DNA from: Lentisphaeria bacterium
GTDB lineage: Bacteria > Verrucomicrobiota > Lentisphaeria > Victivallales > UBA1829
Direction: 5' to 3'
DNA length: 64,000 nucleotides
Assembly (NCBI GenBank): GCA_017615635.1
Contig: JAFZZR010000044.1
Coordinates: 36,176-100,175 of the forward strand
Shown piece by piece: positions 1 to 12,165 of this stretch. A program made the translations under genes and the position numbers. Under the pieces are notes generated by a model that saw nothing but the letters and a program-made list of their open reading frames with translations, was not told where the DNA came from and made no database searches. Numbering within the stretch: the stretch's first letter is position 1; every line of letters begins with the position of its first letter.

Positions 1-355
1 GGCGCTTCATCCGGGCGTGGAGATCCTGGTCCATCCGGAATGCCGTCCCGACGTCGTGAAAGCCGCCGACCGCGCGCTGAGTACGGGCGGGATGCTGAAG
101 TACATCCGCGAATCCTCCGCGAAAGAATTCATTGTGGGGACCGAGTGCGGTATTCTGCACCGTCTCCGCAGGGAAAATCCGGACAAGGTGTTTTACACGC
201 TGAAACCGGAACTGGTCTGCGCCGACATGAAGAAACTTGCGCTGGAAGACGTCCTGGCCGCCCTGAAAACGGGCCGGGAGGAAATCGTGCTTCCGGAAGA
301 CGTTATGAAGAAGGCGCTTCTGCCCATCGAACGGATGATCTCCGTCGGCCGCTGA
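1..355 (+). CDS. nadA: Quinolinate synthase NadA, C-terminal fragment (5' end lies outside the window)
   Basis: The frame of ORF 17..355 stays open to the window edge. The segment IVGTECGILHRLRRENPDK plus the C-terminal tail is typical of the last third of NadA. Confidence 0.8.
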   Translation, partial: ALHPGVEILVHPECRPDVVKAADRALSTGGMLKYIRESSAKEFIVGTECGILHRLRRENPDKVFYTLKPELVCADMKKLALEDVLAALKTGREEIVLPEDVMKKALLPIERMISVGR

Positions 356-357
356 AG

Positions 358-1044
358 ATGGACCTGATCGCACTGGATTTCGAAACTGCGAACTCCCTCC
401 CCGGCAGCGCCTGTTCGTTCGGCGTGGCCGTCTTTCGGAACGGCGAGCTCCGGCAATGTGCGGAACGGCTGATCCTCCCCCATGCGACCCGCCGTTTCAT
501 TCCTTCCTTCTATACTTCGATCCACGGGATCCGGATGGAGGACGTGGCGGATGCGCCCGAATTTCCGTATTACGCGGAAACCCTCTTTTCGATCCTGGAA
601 AGCGGACTCGTGCTTGCCCACAATGCCGCCTTCGATATGGGCGTGCTCCGTTCGCTGTGCGATCTTTATCACCTGCGGAGTCCGGAGATCCGCTATCTTT
701 GCACCTGCAAGACGGCCCGGCGGTTCTGGCGCGGTCTGGAAAATTACAAGCTGGATACGCTCTGCCGGAAGATCGGCCATTCGTTTCAGCATCACGACGC
801 CCGGGAAGACGCCGCCGCCGCGGGTTTCGTGTATCTGGCCATGCTCCGCGAATCGGGGTGCACCACGAACGAAGAGTTCGCCGACCGGCTCCGGATCCGG
901 CCCGGCACCCTCAGCGAGAGAGGCGATTCCCCGTGTCTTGCCCTGCCGCACGGCCGGAAGTATCCGGTCAGAACCGGAACCGTGAAAAGGAAATATCCGG
1001 AAGACGCGGCAGAAAATTGTACTCCCAGTCCGGGGAGGCCGTAA
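358..1044 (+). CDS. DEDDh 3'-5' exonuclease (DNA polymerase III epsilon-like / RNase T family)
   Basis: Internal ATG at 358 in ORF 40..1044, 3 nt after the nadA stop. Contains Exo I (DLIALDFETAN), Exo II (LVLAHNAAFDMGVL) and Exo III (HHDAREDAAA) motifs. The C-terminal tail overlaps the convergent gene and may be over-extended. Confidence 0.8.
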   Translation: MDLIALDFETANSLPGSACSFGVAVFRNGELRQCAERLILPHATRRFIPSFYTSIHGIRMEDVADAPEFPYYAETLFSILESGLVLAHNAAFDMGVLRSLCDLYHLRSPEIRYLCTCKTARRFWRGLENYKLDTLCRKIGHSFQHHDAREDAAAAGFVYLAMLRESGCTTNEEFADRLRIRPGTLSERGDSPCLALPHGRKYPVRTGTVKRKYPEDAAENCTPSPGRP

Positions 1045-1651
1045 GGCACAGCGCCAGATAGAAGAGGAGTGAGGCGACCAGATAGGTCAGCAGGGTGATG
1101 AAAAAGGAATCGCTGTAGAGTTTCAGGGCGGACCCGAAACTCTTTTTGGCGCCCAGCCCGAACAGTCCGAACGACCAGATCTCATCCACGATCAGGTGAA
1201 ACAGATAGCCCCCGCCCGCCGCCGCCGCATACAGACGGCGCACCGTCGGCGGCGACGCGTAGAACATGGCCAGCGTGCCGGCCGAGAGCACCAGCGCCAT
1301 GGGAATGCTGTGGAATATGCCGCGATGCTCCGTACATCGCTCGAAGAAGAATTCCAGCGGATACCGGACCAGAAAAAAAAGAAGAAGCAGCAGAAGCACG
1401 CCCTGCTCCGCCGTTTCGAAACTCAGATGAAGAACGATCAGCGCCGGAGCCAGAACGGCCAGCGTCTCGAACAGAAATTTTTTCGCCGTGCCCGTATTGC
1501 TGTCCAGATCCGGAAGCACCGAAGCCACGGAGAAAAGAACGGCCGCCAGAATGGAGCGGACCGGCGAGAGCGCCCCCGCCACGCCGCACAGGAAACCGAA
1601 TGCGGAACCGGCCATGGTTCCGAGTACGGAATGTGTTTTGAAATCAGCCAT
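968..1651 (-). CDS. Membrane-bound metal-dependent hydrolase (YdjM/DUF457-like)
   Basis: ORF 968..1678, start moved to MADFKTH at 1651. Multi-pass hydrophobic protein with N-terminal H, LPDLDS and HRGxxHS motifs typical of the YdjM family. Confidence 0.65.
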   Translation of the reverse strand: MADFKTHSVLGTMAGSAFGFLCGVAGALSPVRSILAAVLFSVASVLPDLDSNTGTAKKFLFETLAVLAPALIVLHLSFETAEQGVLLLLLLFFLVRYPLEFFFERCTEHRGIFHSIPMALVLSAGTLAMFYASPPTVRRLYAAAAGGGYLFHLIVDEIWSFGLFGLGAKKSFGSALKLYSDSFFITLLTYLVASLLFYLALCLTASPDWEYNFLPRLPDISFSRFRF

Positions 1652-1756
1652 AAGAAATCCCGGAAGAACACAAAGCACGGAGACAACGGACAGGGCCTAT
1701 CCGGACAATTCTTTCGCCGGGAAAGAAGAAGAGAGGCCGGCCCCCGGAGAAACGGA

Positions 1757-3619
1757 TCACTCGGCCGCGGGCGCTTCCGCCGCTTCGGCTGGCTTGGCCT
1801 GCGAGGCGGCCTGCCGTCCTTCCTGATACTTCTTCAGACGAAGCGGGAGGTAGATCTTTTGGAAGATGACATCTTCGTACACCCCGGCATCGTGGTTGTA
1901 ATAGAAGGAAAGCACGCCGCGGGAAAGGATCCCTTCCCAAACGAAGAAGTACGGCTTTTCGGCGGGTTCACTGTTTTCCTGCTGTTGTTCTCCTTCGCCC
2001 TCGAAAATTCCGGCATTTTCTCCGTTTTTCTCCTCCGTCTCTGTGCCTTGTCCTTCGCTGCCGGCTTCGTCCGAATCCATTCCGGTCTCATCGGTTTTCG
2101 CGCTGCTGAACTTCGGCAGATCGTCGGGAGAGAGCGTGCCTTCGATAAGCCGGAGAAAAACATCGTCGCCCATCTGTTTCTCGGTATCGGATTTTCCGTA
2201 TTTCTGGACCAGTGAATTCTTGTAGATATTGAACTCGTTCTGCTTCAGATCGCCCATGTAGATCTGCACCTTGTAGAGCTCGCCCAGATGATAGTGCAGA
2301 TAAATCTTCCGGGGACGGGATCCTTCGGGATAAAGGATATCGTTCCGGTTGATGCGGAGCTTCTTGATGAAGGCAGCGTCCGTTTCCTTGGAAAGGGCGT
2401 AATAGACATCCGTCTCGCGGAAGCCCCAGAGAGCCTTTTTGAACCCCTGGTCGGCATCGATCCCGAAGTATTTGGAATTGATCTCATTCTGTTCTTTTTC
2501 AATTCGCTCCATGAGAGCCTTGTAGGCGGTCTCGTTGACCTTCGGACGGCTGAGCGCAGCCAGCTGTTCGGGCGTCAGAGCAATGAATGTCCCGCCTTCA
2601 TCCGGCTGCAGCACATTGGCGGAACTTTCCGCACTGTTGAGAATATCCTGAGGATCCGCGTTCTCGGCCGTCTTTTCCCCGTCAGCGGCCGTAGGCAAAG
2701 CGAATGGGTTGTCCTTGATCTGATCGGGAGGAATCTCTCCGCCGGCTTCTCCGGCCGGTGTATCGCCGGTGCCCTGAGACTGGGCGGCGGCGGCAGCAGC
2801 CTCGGCTTCCGCCTTCTCCTTGGCCTCGCGTGCGGCCAGTTCCTTTGCTTCACGTTTGCGGCGGATCCGCTCCTGCTTTTCCTTGTTCTTCTTGTAGCGG
2901 ACTGTTTCATCGGCCAGTTCGGCGGAAGCGATCTCCTGTGCCGTTTTCCAAAGTTCACGGCGTTTCAGGAAGATGTATCCGTTTTTTTCGTTTTCGCTGT
3001 TGGCCGCGGCCAGAAGCGTGTCGAAGATCTGCTGCTGGCGGCTGTTGAATTCAAGAACATAGTCGCCAAGACGTTCCTGAACGTACTGCTCCCGCAGATC
3101 CTTGTTGTACTGCGGATCGAAACGGCCGCGGGTCGTCTTGTCCATGTCGATGAAAGAGACGGTTCTGGCACCGACAAGGATGTTACTGGTGTTGACCTTG
3201 TAGAGGACGCCGGAAACAACGCCCCGTTTGGTCACCACGGTCACCTTGTCGCGGATTTTCGCCATGGGAAACTTTTCTTCCGCCTCGGCGGCAAACTTGG
3301 CCTTGAGTTTTTCGGGATCGGCCTTGGTTTTCTTCATAGCCCGGGCATAGGCTTCCTCATTGAGTTTCTTGAGATCGACCTGAAGGATGGGCTCCTGGGG
3401 CGTCAGCGGCATTTCGGCGCCGATCCTGTTGTAAATGGACTGGATAACGGCAGGATTGGTGAGATCTTCCTTGTCGGCCACGGCTCTCGCAATGATGCCG
3501 TTGATGGTTTCGATCCGTTCATCGGACAGTTTGTACTGCTCATCGGCGGCGGAGAGGGAGACGAAGAGACAGAACAGGAAGGTGTACAATGCAGAAAAAC
3601 GCGTATTCGCTGAAGCCAT
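1757..3619 (-). CDS. Secreted hypothetical protein with a central K/E/A-rich coiled-coil-like segment and an acidic low-complexity C-terminal region
   Basis: 620-aa ORF with an N-terminal signal-like peptide (MASANTRFSALYTFLFCLFVSLSAADE). I recognise no family. The antisense ORFs are low-complexity. Confidence 0.6.
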   Translation of the reverse strand: MASANTRFSALYTFLFCLFVSLSAADEQYKLSDERIETINGIIARAVADKEDLTNPAVIQSIYNRIGAEMPLTPQEPILQVDLKKLNEEAYARAMKKTKADPEKLKAKFAAEAEEKFPMAKIRDKVTVVTKRGVVSGVLYKVNTSNILVGARTVSFIDMDKTTRGRFDPQYNKDLREQYVQERLGDYVLEFNSRQQQIFDTLLAAANSENEKNGYIFLKRRELWKTAQEIASAELADETVRYKKNKEKQERIRRKREAKELAAREAKEKAEAEAAAAAAQSQGTGDTPAGEAGGEIPPDQIKDNPFALPTAADGEKTAENADPQDILNSAESSANVLQPDEGGTFIALTPEQLAALSRPKVNETAYKALMERIEKEQNEINSKYFGIDADQGFKKALWGFRETDVYYALSKETDAAFIKKLRINRNDILYPEGSRPRKIYLHYHLGELYKVQIYMGDLKQNEFNIYKNSLVQKYGKSDTEKQMGDDVFLRLIEGTLSPDDLPKFSSAKTDETGMDSDEAGSEGQGTETEEKNGENAGIFEGEGEQQQENSEPAEKPYFFVWEGILSRGVLSFYYNHDAGVYEDVIFQKIYLPLRLKKYQEGRQAASQAKPAEAAEAPAAE

Positions 3620-3716
3620 GTCCTATGATCCTTCCGGTAAAAAGACAAAAAAACACGAAAACTTTCATAATTATACAACAGAAATCTTGATTGTCAAGAA
3701 AGAAACGCTATACTAA

Positions 3717-6352
<2,636 letters not shown>

Positions 6353-6364
6353 AGAAGACTCCCG

Positions 6365-7357
6365 TTACATGATTTTGAAGCGGGGAAGATCCTGGATATC
6401 CACCATGCCCGCAAACTTGCCGGATCCATCGACCACCACAATGTCGTCGATGGGCTTCGCAGCCACGAGTTTCGGAATCTCCACCGCCAGAGCGTCGGCG
6501 GAAATGGAGACGGGATTGGGCGTCATGACGTCCGCGACCCGCTTCGTGAGGATGTCGGGATCGCTGTTGATGCAGCGCCGCAGATCGCCGTCCGTGAAGA
6601 TACCCAGAACGTTTTTCTGCGGACCAAGGATCACGGCGGATTCGGTGCGTGCGGAGGTCATTTTGAGAAGCACATCCTTCACCGGCATTTCGGGCGGCAC
6701 GTCGGCGGTGCGGTCCGCGGGACGGATCAGGTCCCGTACATGCATCGTGACTGCGCGTCCGATGGCGCCGGAGGGATGACGTCTTCCGTAATCCTCCTTG
6801 GTAAATTTCCGGAGGTGCATAAGGACCATGGCGAGGGCGTCGCCGAGGGCCAGGTGCGCGGTGGACGTGGTGGTGGGCGCCAGATTGAACGGACAGGCTT
6901 CGCGGGGGATGGAGGCGATAACGGCGATATCGGAAAGGTGCGCCAGCGAGGAATCTTCCACTCCGGTGAAGCAGGCAACGGTCACGCCGAGTCTCTTCGC
7001 GGGAAGAATGATGGCATTGAGCTCGGCCGTCTCTCCGCTGTAGCTCAGAGCAAGCAGGAGGTCGTTTTCCTGAAGCATGCCCAGATCGCCGTGCATGGCT
7101 TCAACGGGATGCATGAAAATGGACGGTGAACCGGTGGACGCCAGCGTGGCGGAAATTTTCCGTCCGATATGCCCGCTTTTCCCGATGCCCGCCACGACGA
7201 TCTTTCCGCCTTTGTCCAGCGTCTTCATGCAGGTCTCCGCCAGCGTGACGAACCGATCGCCGATCTGATTGCAAACGGAGAGGATCCCATCCATTTCGAT
7301 CTGAAGGACCTCTTTCGCCTTATTGGTAATTTCCGCAGCGTTTGACATTCTCATCAC
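6365..7357 (-). CDS. kdsD: Arabinose-5-phosphate isomerase (KpsF/GutQ family; SIS domain plus tandem CBS domains)
   Basis: 330 aa. SIS-domain motifs GKIVVAGIGKSGHIGRKI and LALSYSGET, followed by a C-terminal CBS pair. Confidence 0.88.
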   Translation of the reverse strand: MMRMSNAAEITNKAKEVLQIEMDGILSVCNQIGDRFVTLAETCMKTLDKGGKIVVAGIGKSGHIGRKISATLASTGSPSIFMHPVEAMHGDLGMLQENDLLLALSYSGETAELNAIILPAKRLGVTVACFTGVEDSSLAHLSDIAVIASIPREACPFNLAPTTTSTAHLALGDALAMVLMHLRKFTKEDYGRRHPSGAIGRAVTMHVRDLIRPADRTADVPPEMPVKDVLLKMTSARTESAVILGPQKNVLGIFTDGDLRRCINSDPDILTKRVADVMTPNPVSISADALAVEIPKLVAAKPIDDIVVVDGSGKFAGMVDIQDLPRFKIM

Positions 7358-7419
7358 CTTATCTGAATTGAAACGGTTGAATCACAGGGGAAGGAATATA
7401 CTCCGGCAGGTGGCTTTTT

Positions 7420-9360
7420 TCAACTGCAGCCGGACAATAATTTCCGGGAAATGGCCGAGATCTCTTCGGAAAGTTTCTTTTTCTCTTCGGATCCGTCGGG
7501 CAGCGACATGGCATGCCGGATCAGACGCCGCTTTTTGTCCGAAAGAACGGTCCTGCGGATGGCTGTGAGACAGCTCCGGTAGATGCGGTCGGCATCGTCG
7601 GGCGGCTGAACATCGGCCTCGCGCATAAGCAGTCCGGAAATTTCGTCGTCCCGGATATTCTGGGACTCCATCATCATGGAGATCTGTTCGGGCGCCTCGT
7701 CCCACTCTCCGTTCATGGCGGCGCCGACGAGGGTCTCCAGCGCCCGGCCCGCGGGAGATTCGTCAAGCAGTTCGGCTTCGAGATCGCCGACCGCCCGCTG
7801 CGCATACGTTTCGGAGGCGAGCAGCAGGGAGAGCAGTTCGTAGAATGCCTGCCGCAAACCCGCATGGCGCATGGATAACGGCGGCTCCTTCCGGACAAAA
7901 TCCGACGCCGCCGATGACGTCTCCTTTTTGTCCTCCTGCCTTCCCGCATTCGAGGAATAGATCGCGGCCCGCTCTTTTTTTTCCTGTTCGGAACGGCGGT
8001 TCTTCTCGATTTCCGCCAGAATGAATTCCCTCGCAATGGAAAGTTTTCCGGCCAGCCAGTCCGCGTAGATTCCCTGGGTCACCGGGTTGTCGATGAGATG
8101 CAGATAGGCGGCAATTCCGGCGGCGGCCGCGGCTTTTCCCGCAGGAGAATCCAGATCCAGATCTTTTGTGATGTGACGGAACGCAAATTCGAAAAAGTCA
8201 TCCGCCTTCTCCACGGTCTCACGGAGAACATCGGCGCCTTGGGTCTTCAGAAGTTCATCGGCATCCTTCGCCCCGGGGAAGACAGCCACCCGGAGGGAAA
8301 ACCCCTTGGGCAGGAGAATGGCCGCATCCTTGAACACAGCCTCGCGTCCGGCCTTGTCATTGTCCAGCGCCAGGCAAATGGACTGCGTATACCGTCCGAG
8401 GATCGAGGCCTGTTCCTGACCGAACGCCGTCCCCTGAGGCGCGACGGCATTGGTACAGCCTGCCCGGTGCATGGCGATCACGTCAAGCTGGCCTTCGCAG
8501 AGAACGGCGCACTGCTTTTCACTGATGGCCCGGCGGGCGAAATTGAGCGCATAAAGGGTCCTGCTTTTCTTGAAGATGGGCGTCTCGGGACTGTTCACGT
8601 ATTTCCAGCCGCCGGGATCCGCCTCGATGCTCCGGGCGCTGAAGGCGACGACGCGGCCCTGTTCGTTCCAGATGGGGAACATGAGCCGGTTGCGGAACCG
8701 GTCGAATATGTGGGTTTCGTTCTCCGGCTTGGTGGAAACCACCCCCGACAGCCGGAGCTCCTTTTCCGTGAAACCTTCCTTTTTGGCAAAGAGAATGGCG
8801 GCGTCCCAGGAATCCGGAGAAGCCCCGATGGAAAACCGGGCCGCGGTTTCGGCCGGCAGACCGCGGGTGGCGAAGTAGCGTGCCACGGGGGAATCGGGAA
8901 AGTCGCGGAGCTGCGATGCATACCAGGCGGCAAGCTTTTCGTGAAGCAGAAAAAGCCGTTCCCGCAAAGCGTAGGAGGATTCCGGACTTTCCGCGGATCC
9001 CGAGGATGCGGCCGACCGGCCCCGTCCGAACCGGGCATTGGGCGGCGGCGTATCGGGAATGATGATATTGTATTTCCGGGCGAGGAGTTCCGCGGCATTG
9101 GGGAAATCGAGCTTCTCCATTTCCCGGATGAAGGTGAAGACGTTTCCGCCCTGGCCGCATCCAAAGCACTTGTATATGCCGCGCGCCGGATTCACCGTGA
9201 AGGAAGGCGTCTTCTCATGATGGAACGGACAGCACGCCTTCCAGAGAGAACCGGCCCTCTTCAGCGTGGGAACGTACGACTGGACCACCTCCACGATGTC
9301 GGCCCGCTGCCGGATGGTTTCCAGAACATCATCGGGAATATACCGGGCCATGGACGTCAC
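7420..9360 (-). CDS. dnaG: DNA primase
   Basis: 646 aa. Zinc ribbon CPFHHEKTPSFTVNPARGIYKCFGCGQGGN, RNA polymerase domain, and TOPRIM segments CEGQLDVIA and LALDNDKAGREA. Confidence 0.95.
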   Translation of the reverse strand: MTSMARYIPDDVLETIRQRADIVEVVQSYVPTLKRAGSLWKACCPFHHEKTPSFTVNPARGIYKCFGCGQGGNVFTFIREMEKLDFPNAAELLARKYNIIIPDTPPPNARFGRGRSAASSGSAESPESSYALRERLFLLHEKLAAWYASQLRDFPDSPVARYFATRGLPAETAARFSIGASPDSWDAAILFAKKEGFTEKELRLSGVVSTKPENETHIFDRFRNRLMFPIWNEQGRVVAFSARSIEADPGGWKYVNSPETPIFKKSRTLYALNFARRAISEKQCAVLCEGQLDVIAMHRAGCTNAVAPQGTAFGQEQASILGRYTQSICLALDNDKAGREAVFKDAAILLPKGFSLRVAVFPGAKDADELLKTQGADVLRETVEKADDFFEFAFRHITKDLDLDSPAGKAAAAAGIAAYLHLIDNPVTQGIYADWLAGKLSIAREFILAEIEKNRRSEQEKKERAAIYSSNAGRQEDKKETSSAASDFVRKEPPLSMRHAGLRQAFYELLSLLLASETYAQRAVGDLEAELLDESPAGRALETLVGAAMNGEWDEAPEQISMMMESQNIRDDEISGLLMREADVQPPDDADRIYRSCLTAIRRTVLSDKKRRLIRHAMSLPDGSEEKKKLSEEISAISRKLLSGCS

Positions 9361-10097
9361 CGGATGTTCTTGAACCGCTGCGAGACGGCGACGCGTTCCC
9401 GTTCCAGTTCCGGATTGCGGGCGGTAAGACGGAGATACTTGCTGTACAGTTCGACAGCCCGGTTTTTCTCGTTGAGATACCAGTCATGAATGATCGCCGC
9501 ATTGAGCACGGAAACAGGCAGAGTGGCGCGGCGGTCCAGAAGAAAGGCGAGCGCCTCGCGCGGTTTTCCCCGAAGCGCAAAGACAACGCCCAGCTCGTTG
9601 AAAACGACAGGACTGTTGACGAATGCGGGGAAGGAAAGAAGTTTCTTCTGATAGTCGGCGGCGTCCTTCGTGTTGAGACGAAGGGAGGCTTTCGCCAGAA
9701 GGATCAGGGTATTGATGTCCCGCGGAGATGCCTGCTCGGCTGCCTTCAGCGGCGCTATGCACTGCTCCATCCGTCCCTGCTTGAACAGCATGCGGCCCAG
9801 CGTGTACTGGACCATGAAATCGTTGGGATCGGACGCAATACTCTGCACGCGGTTGATCGCTTCTTCCAAATGGCCGTTGTTTTCCATTGCAAGCGCCGAA
9901 AACAGAAGGATATCGCGGTTCCCGGGCGCGATCTCCACGGCATCGTCGGAAATGGAAAGCGCCGACTTCCAGTCGCCCTGCTTTCCTGCGGCGATGGCAT
10001 CGGCGAGCAGCGCCGCGGGCGTTTTTTTCTCGGAAGAGCAGGCGGCGAGGAGAAGAAGGGAAGCGGCGGCGAAAAAGAAAGAACAGCGTCTCAGCAT
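9357..10097 (-). CDS. TPR-repeat lipoprotein
   Basis: 246 aa with a lipobox signal peptide (LLLLAAC|SS) and several TPR-like helical repeats. Its stop overlaps the dnaG start by 4 nt. Confidence 0.7.
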   Translation of the reverse strand: MLRRCSFFFAAASLLLLAACSSEKKTPAALLADAIAAGKQGDWKSALSISDDAVEIAPGNRDILLFSALAMENNGHLEEAINRVQSIASDPNDFMVQYTLGRMLFKQGRMEQCIAPLKAAEQASPRDINTLILLAKASLRLNTKDAADYQKKLLSFPAFVNSPVVFNELGVVFALRGKPREALAFLLDRRATLPVSVLNAAIIHDWYLNEKNRAVELYSKYLRLTARNPELERERVAVSQRFKNIR

Positions 10098-10291
10098 GAT
10101 TGAAAACTCCCGGGTGAAGACAATGTACGGCAGGTGGGTATATTAGCGCGGAGAACGCCATCTTTCAAGACGAACAGTAAAAAAAGCGCGCTTTTTTTTC
10201 ACCCGGTCTTGAAAAATGGGCGAGTAGGACTTACAGTAAGTTCCGCATTTCGCGAAACAGCGACAAGGACTCGGAAAAAACAGGCGGAAAA

Positions 10292-11695
10292 ATGATAGCA
10301 GTGGATCTGTCTCTGGCACTCATTGCCATACTGGCGGGCGCATGTGCGATCGCCTACCGGGCCCGTACGGCCGCTCTCCGGAAAAAACTTTCGGCCGCGC
10401 GGAGACACAGTGCCGAAGTGGGCAGCTTTATGACCCTGTTTTCCAAGAATATCCGCAACGTCCGCGATTCCGACAACTGGATGAACGTGACCGCCCGCTA
10501 TGTGGCCGATACCGTCGCCGCATCCGTCGTCTGCATCTTCACCCGTTCCGAAGACAAGTCCCTCCATCTGACCGGATCCTCCGGCGGCGTACCCAGAGTG
10601 CTCCGGGCGCTGATGATGGACGACAAGCGCTCGGCCCGGGAACGGGATGACGAAGCATCGTCTCCCATACTCCAGCTTCTGACCGATGTGGCGGATCAGC
10701 GGGAACCGGTCATGCTGGACGATCCCAGGGACGCCCGGCTGGAAGTCCTGGATCCGTTCGCTCAAATCGTTACGCTGATGGCCGTTCCGATCATCGGAGA
10801 CGGCGAAGTGCAGGGCGTCCTGTGTGCGGTGAACAGCCGCCGCGCGCCGCGGGCCGGATTCGACCGGGATCAGTTCGGCCGCCTGAAATTCCTGTCCCAC
10901 CAGGTCGTCCTGGCCCAAAACATCATGTTCGTGTACGCGGGCCTGAGCAAGCAGCAGCGGATCAGTCAGGAGCTTCAGTTTGCGCGCGGACTCCAGAGAT
11001 CCCTTCTTCCCCGGCAGATGCCCGTGTGGGGCCGTTTCATCGTCCATGCGTTTACCCGCGCCTCGAAAGAGGTGAGCGGCGACTTCTATGATTTCGTGGA
11101 GATCGACGAGAACCGTCTTCTGGTCGTGATCGGCGACGCCTGCGGCAAAGGGATCCCCGCCTGCATGATCATGTCCATGACCCGCAGCTTCATCCGATCC
11201 AATGCCGGCCGCTTCACCTCCCTGAAGGATATGCTCACGGAACTGAACGACAATCTTTACCGCGATATGGGTGACGGACGCTACATCACTCTGGGTGCCT
11301 GTCTGCTCAACCGGCGGGAATCCACCATGGAATACGCACGCGCCGGTCATACGGAACTCCTGATGTATGTGCATGAACATATCCGGACCATCAATCCGGA
11401 CGGCGCGGGTCTGGGACTTCTGCCCGGCATGCTGGCGGAGTTCGATACGTTCTGCATCGAACTTCTGCCCGATATGGAAATGCTGCTGTTTACGGACGGG
11501 ATCAACGAAGCAACGAATCCGGCCGGCGAGTACTTCGGCGTGGAAAGCATCAAGAAGATTTTCGTGAAGTCCTGTTCCGAACGGGATCAGCCGCACGACA
11601 CCATCGCCCGAATCATGGGCTCCGTGGACGATTTCTCCCAGGATCCGAAGTCCCAGGCCGACGATCAGACCATTGTTATCATCCGCCACATGTAA
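10292..11695 (+). CDS. Membrane-anchored GAF-domain PP2C (SpoIIE/RsbU-type) serine phosphatase
   Basis: 467 aa. One N-terminal TM helix, a GAF-like central region, and a C-terminal PPM domain with SGDFYDF, IGDACGKGIPA, TDGINEA and DDQTIV motifs. The 529-aa antisense ORF 10199..11788 was rejected. Confidence 0.88.
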   Translation: MIAVDLSLALIAILAGACAIAYRARTAALRKKLSAARRHSAEVGSFMTLFSKNIRNVRDSDNWMNVTARYVADTVAASVVCIFTRSEDKSLHLTGSSGGVPRVLRALMMDDKRSARERDDEASSPILQLLTDVADQREPVMLDDPRDARLEVLDPFAQIVTLMAVPIIGDGEVQGVLCAVNSRRAPRAGFDRDQFGRLKFLSHQVVLAQNIMFVYAGLSKQQRISQELQFARGLQRSLLPRQMPVWGRFIVHAFTRASKEVSGDFYDFVEIDENRLLVVIGDACGKGIPACMIMSMTRSFIRSNAGRFTSLKDMLTELNDNLYRDMGDGRYITLGACLLNRRESTMEYARAGHTELLMYVHEHIRTINPDGAGLGLLPGMLAEFDTFCIELLPDMEMLLFTDGINEATNPAGEYFGVESIKKIFVKSCSERDQPHDTIARIMGSVDDFSQDPKSQADDQTIVIIRHM

Positions 11696-11730
11696 TCGAA
11701 CCTGAATATGCAATATAACCGGAGTCACCG

Positions 11731-12147
11731 ATGTCGAGAATCCTTCTTCTGCTTTCCGCCGCCGCCGCGGTCGTTTTCTGTTCCGCATGCTCCTCGCTTA
11801 TCCGCCAGGACCCTCCCCCTTCCGGACAGAAGAAACAGGATGGCGGCACGGCGGCGCAGCCTTCCGGAAAACAGAATCCGGCGCCCCTGACCGACAAGCA
11901 GATTGCGGAGATGAGTCCGGAGGAACTGGAACGCTACATGGAGGAAAAACGCCGCAAGGAGAAAGCCCGGGCTTTTTCGGAAGATCTGTCCCGCCGGGGA
12001 GATTATTCGGAGAGCGAGCGGCGCCATATGCGGAGGAACGTTTCCAGGCCCATGCAGCCGGAAGAACAGGGAAGTGCGTTTCCCTGGAAAAACGAGCCGG
12101 GCAATCGGAGCGAGTCTCTCCGCGATACGACGACGTTCAATCATTGA
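11731..12147 (+). CDS. Small lipoprotein, hypothetical
   Basis: 138 aa with lipobox LLSAAAAVVFCSAC|SS, followed by a charged low-complexity region. Confidence 0.5.
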   Translation: MSRILLLLSAAAAVVFCSACSSLIRQDPPPSGQKKQDGGTAAQPSGKQNPAPLTDKQIAEMSPEELERYMEEKRRKEKARAFSEDLSRRGDYSESERRHMRRNVSRPMQPEEQGSAFPWKNEPGNRSESLRDTTTFNH

Positions 12148-12165
12148 GATGGAGGAAACGGGAAT

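Noticed and set aside
968-1044. Convergent CDS overlaps: exonuclease versus YdjM-like gene (77 nt), and AraC versus SGNH hydrolase at 61926..61983 (58 nt).
   Set aside because: These are probably non-conserved C-terminal read-on in GC-rich DNA, or slightly mis-set ends. They are not a functional antisense arrangement, and the sequence gives no further support.
10179-10199. Perfect palindrome AAAAAAAGCGCGCTTTTTTTT that looks like a bidirectional terminator.
   Set aside because: It lies between two divergently transcribed genes (TPR lipoprotein and PP2C phosphatase), so no transcript ends there. The stem is dominated by A-T pairs around only 6 G/C bases. It is more likely part of the AT-rich promoter region.
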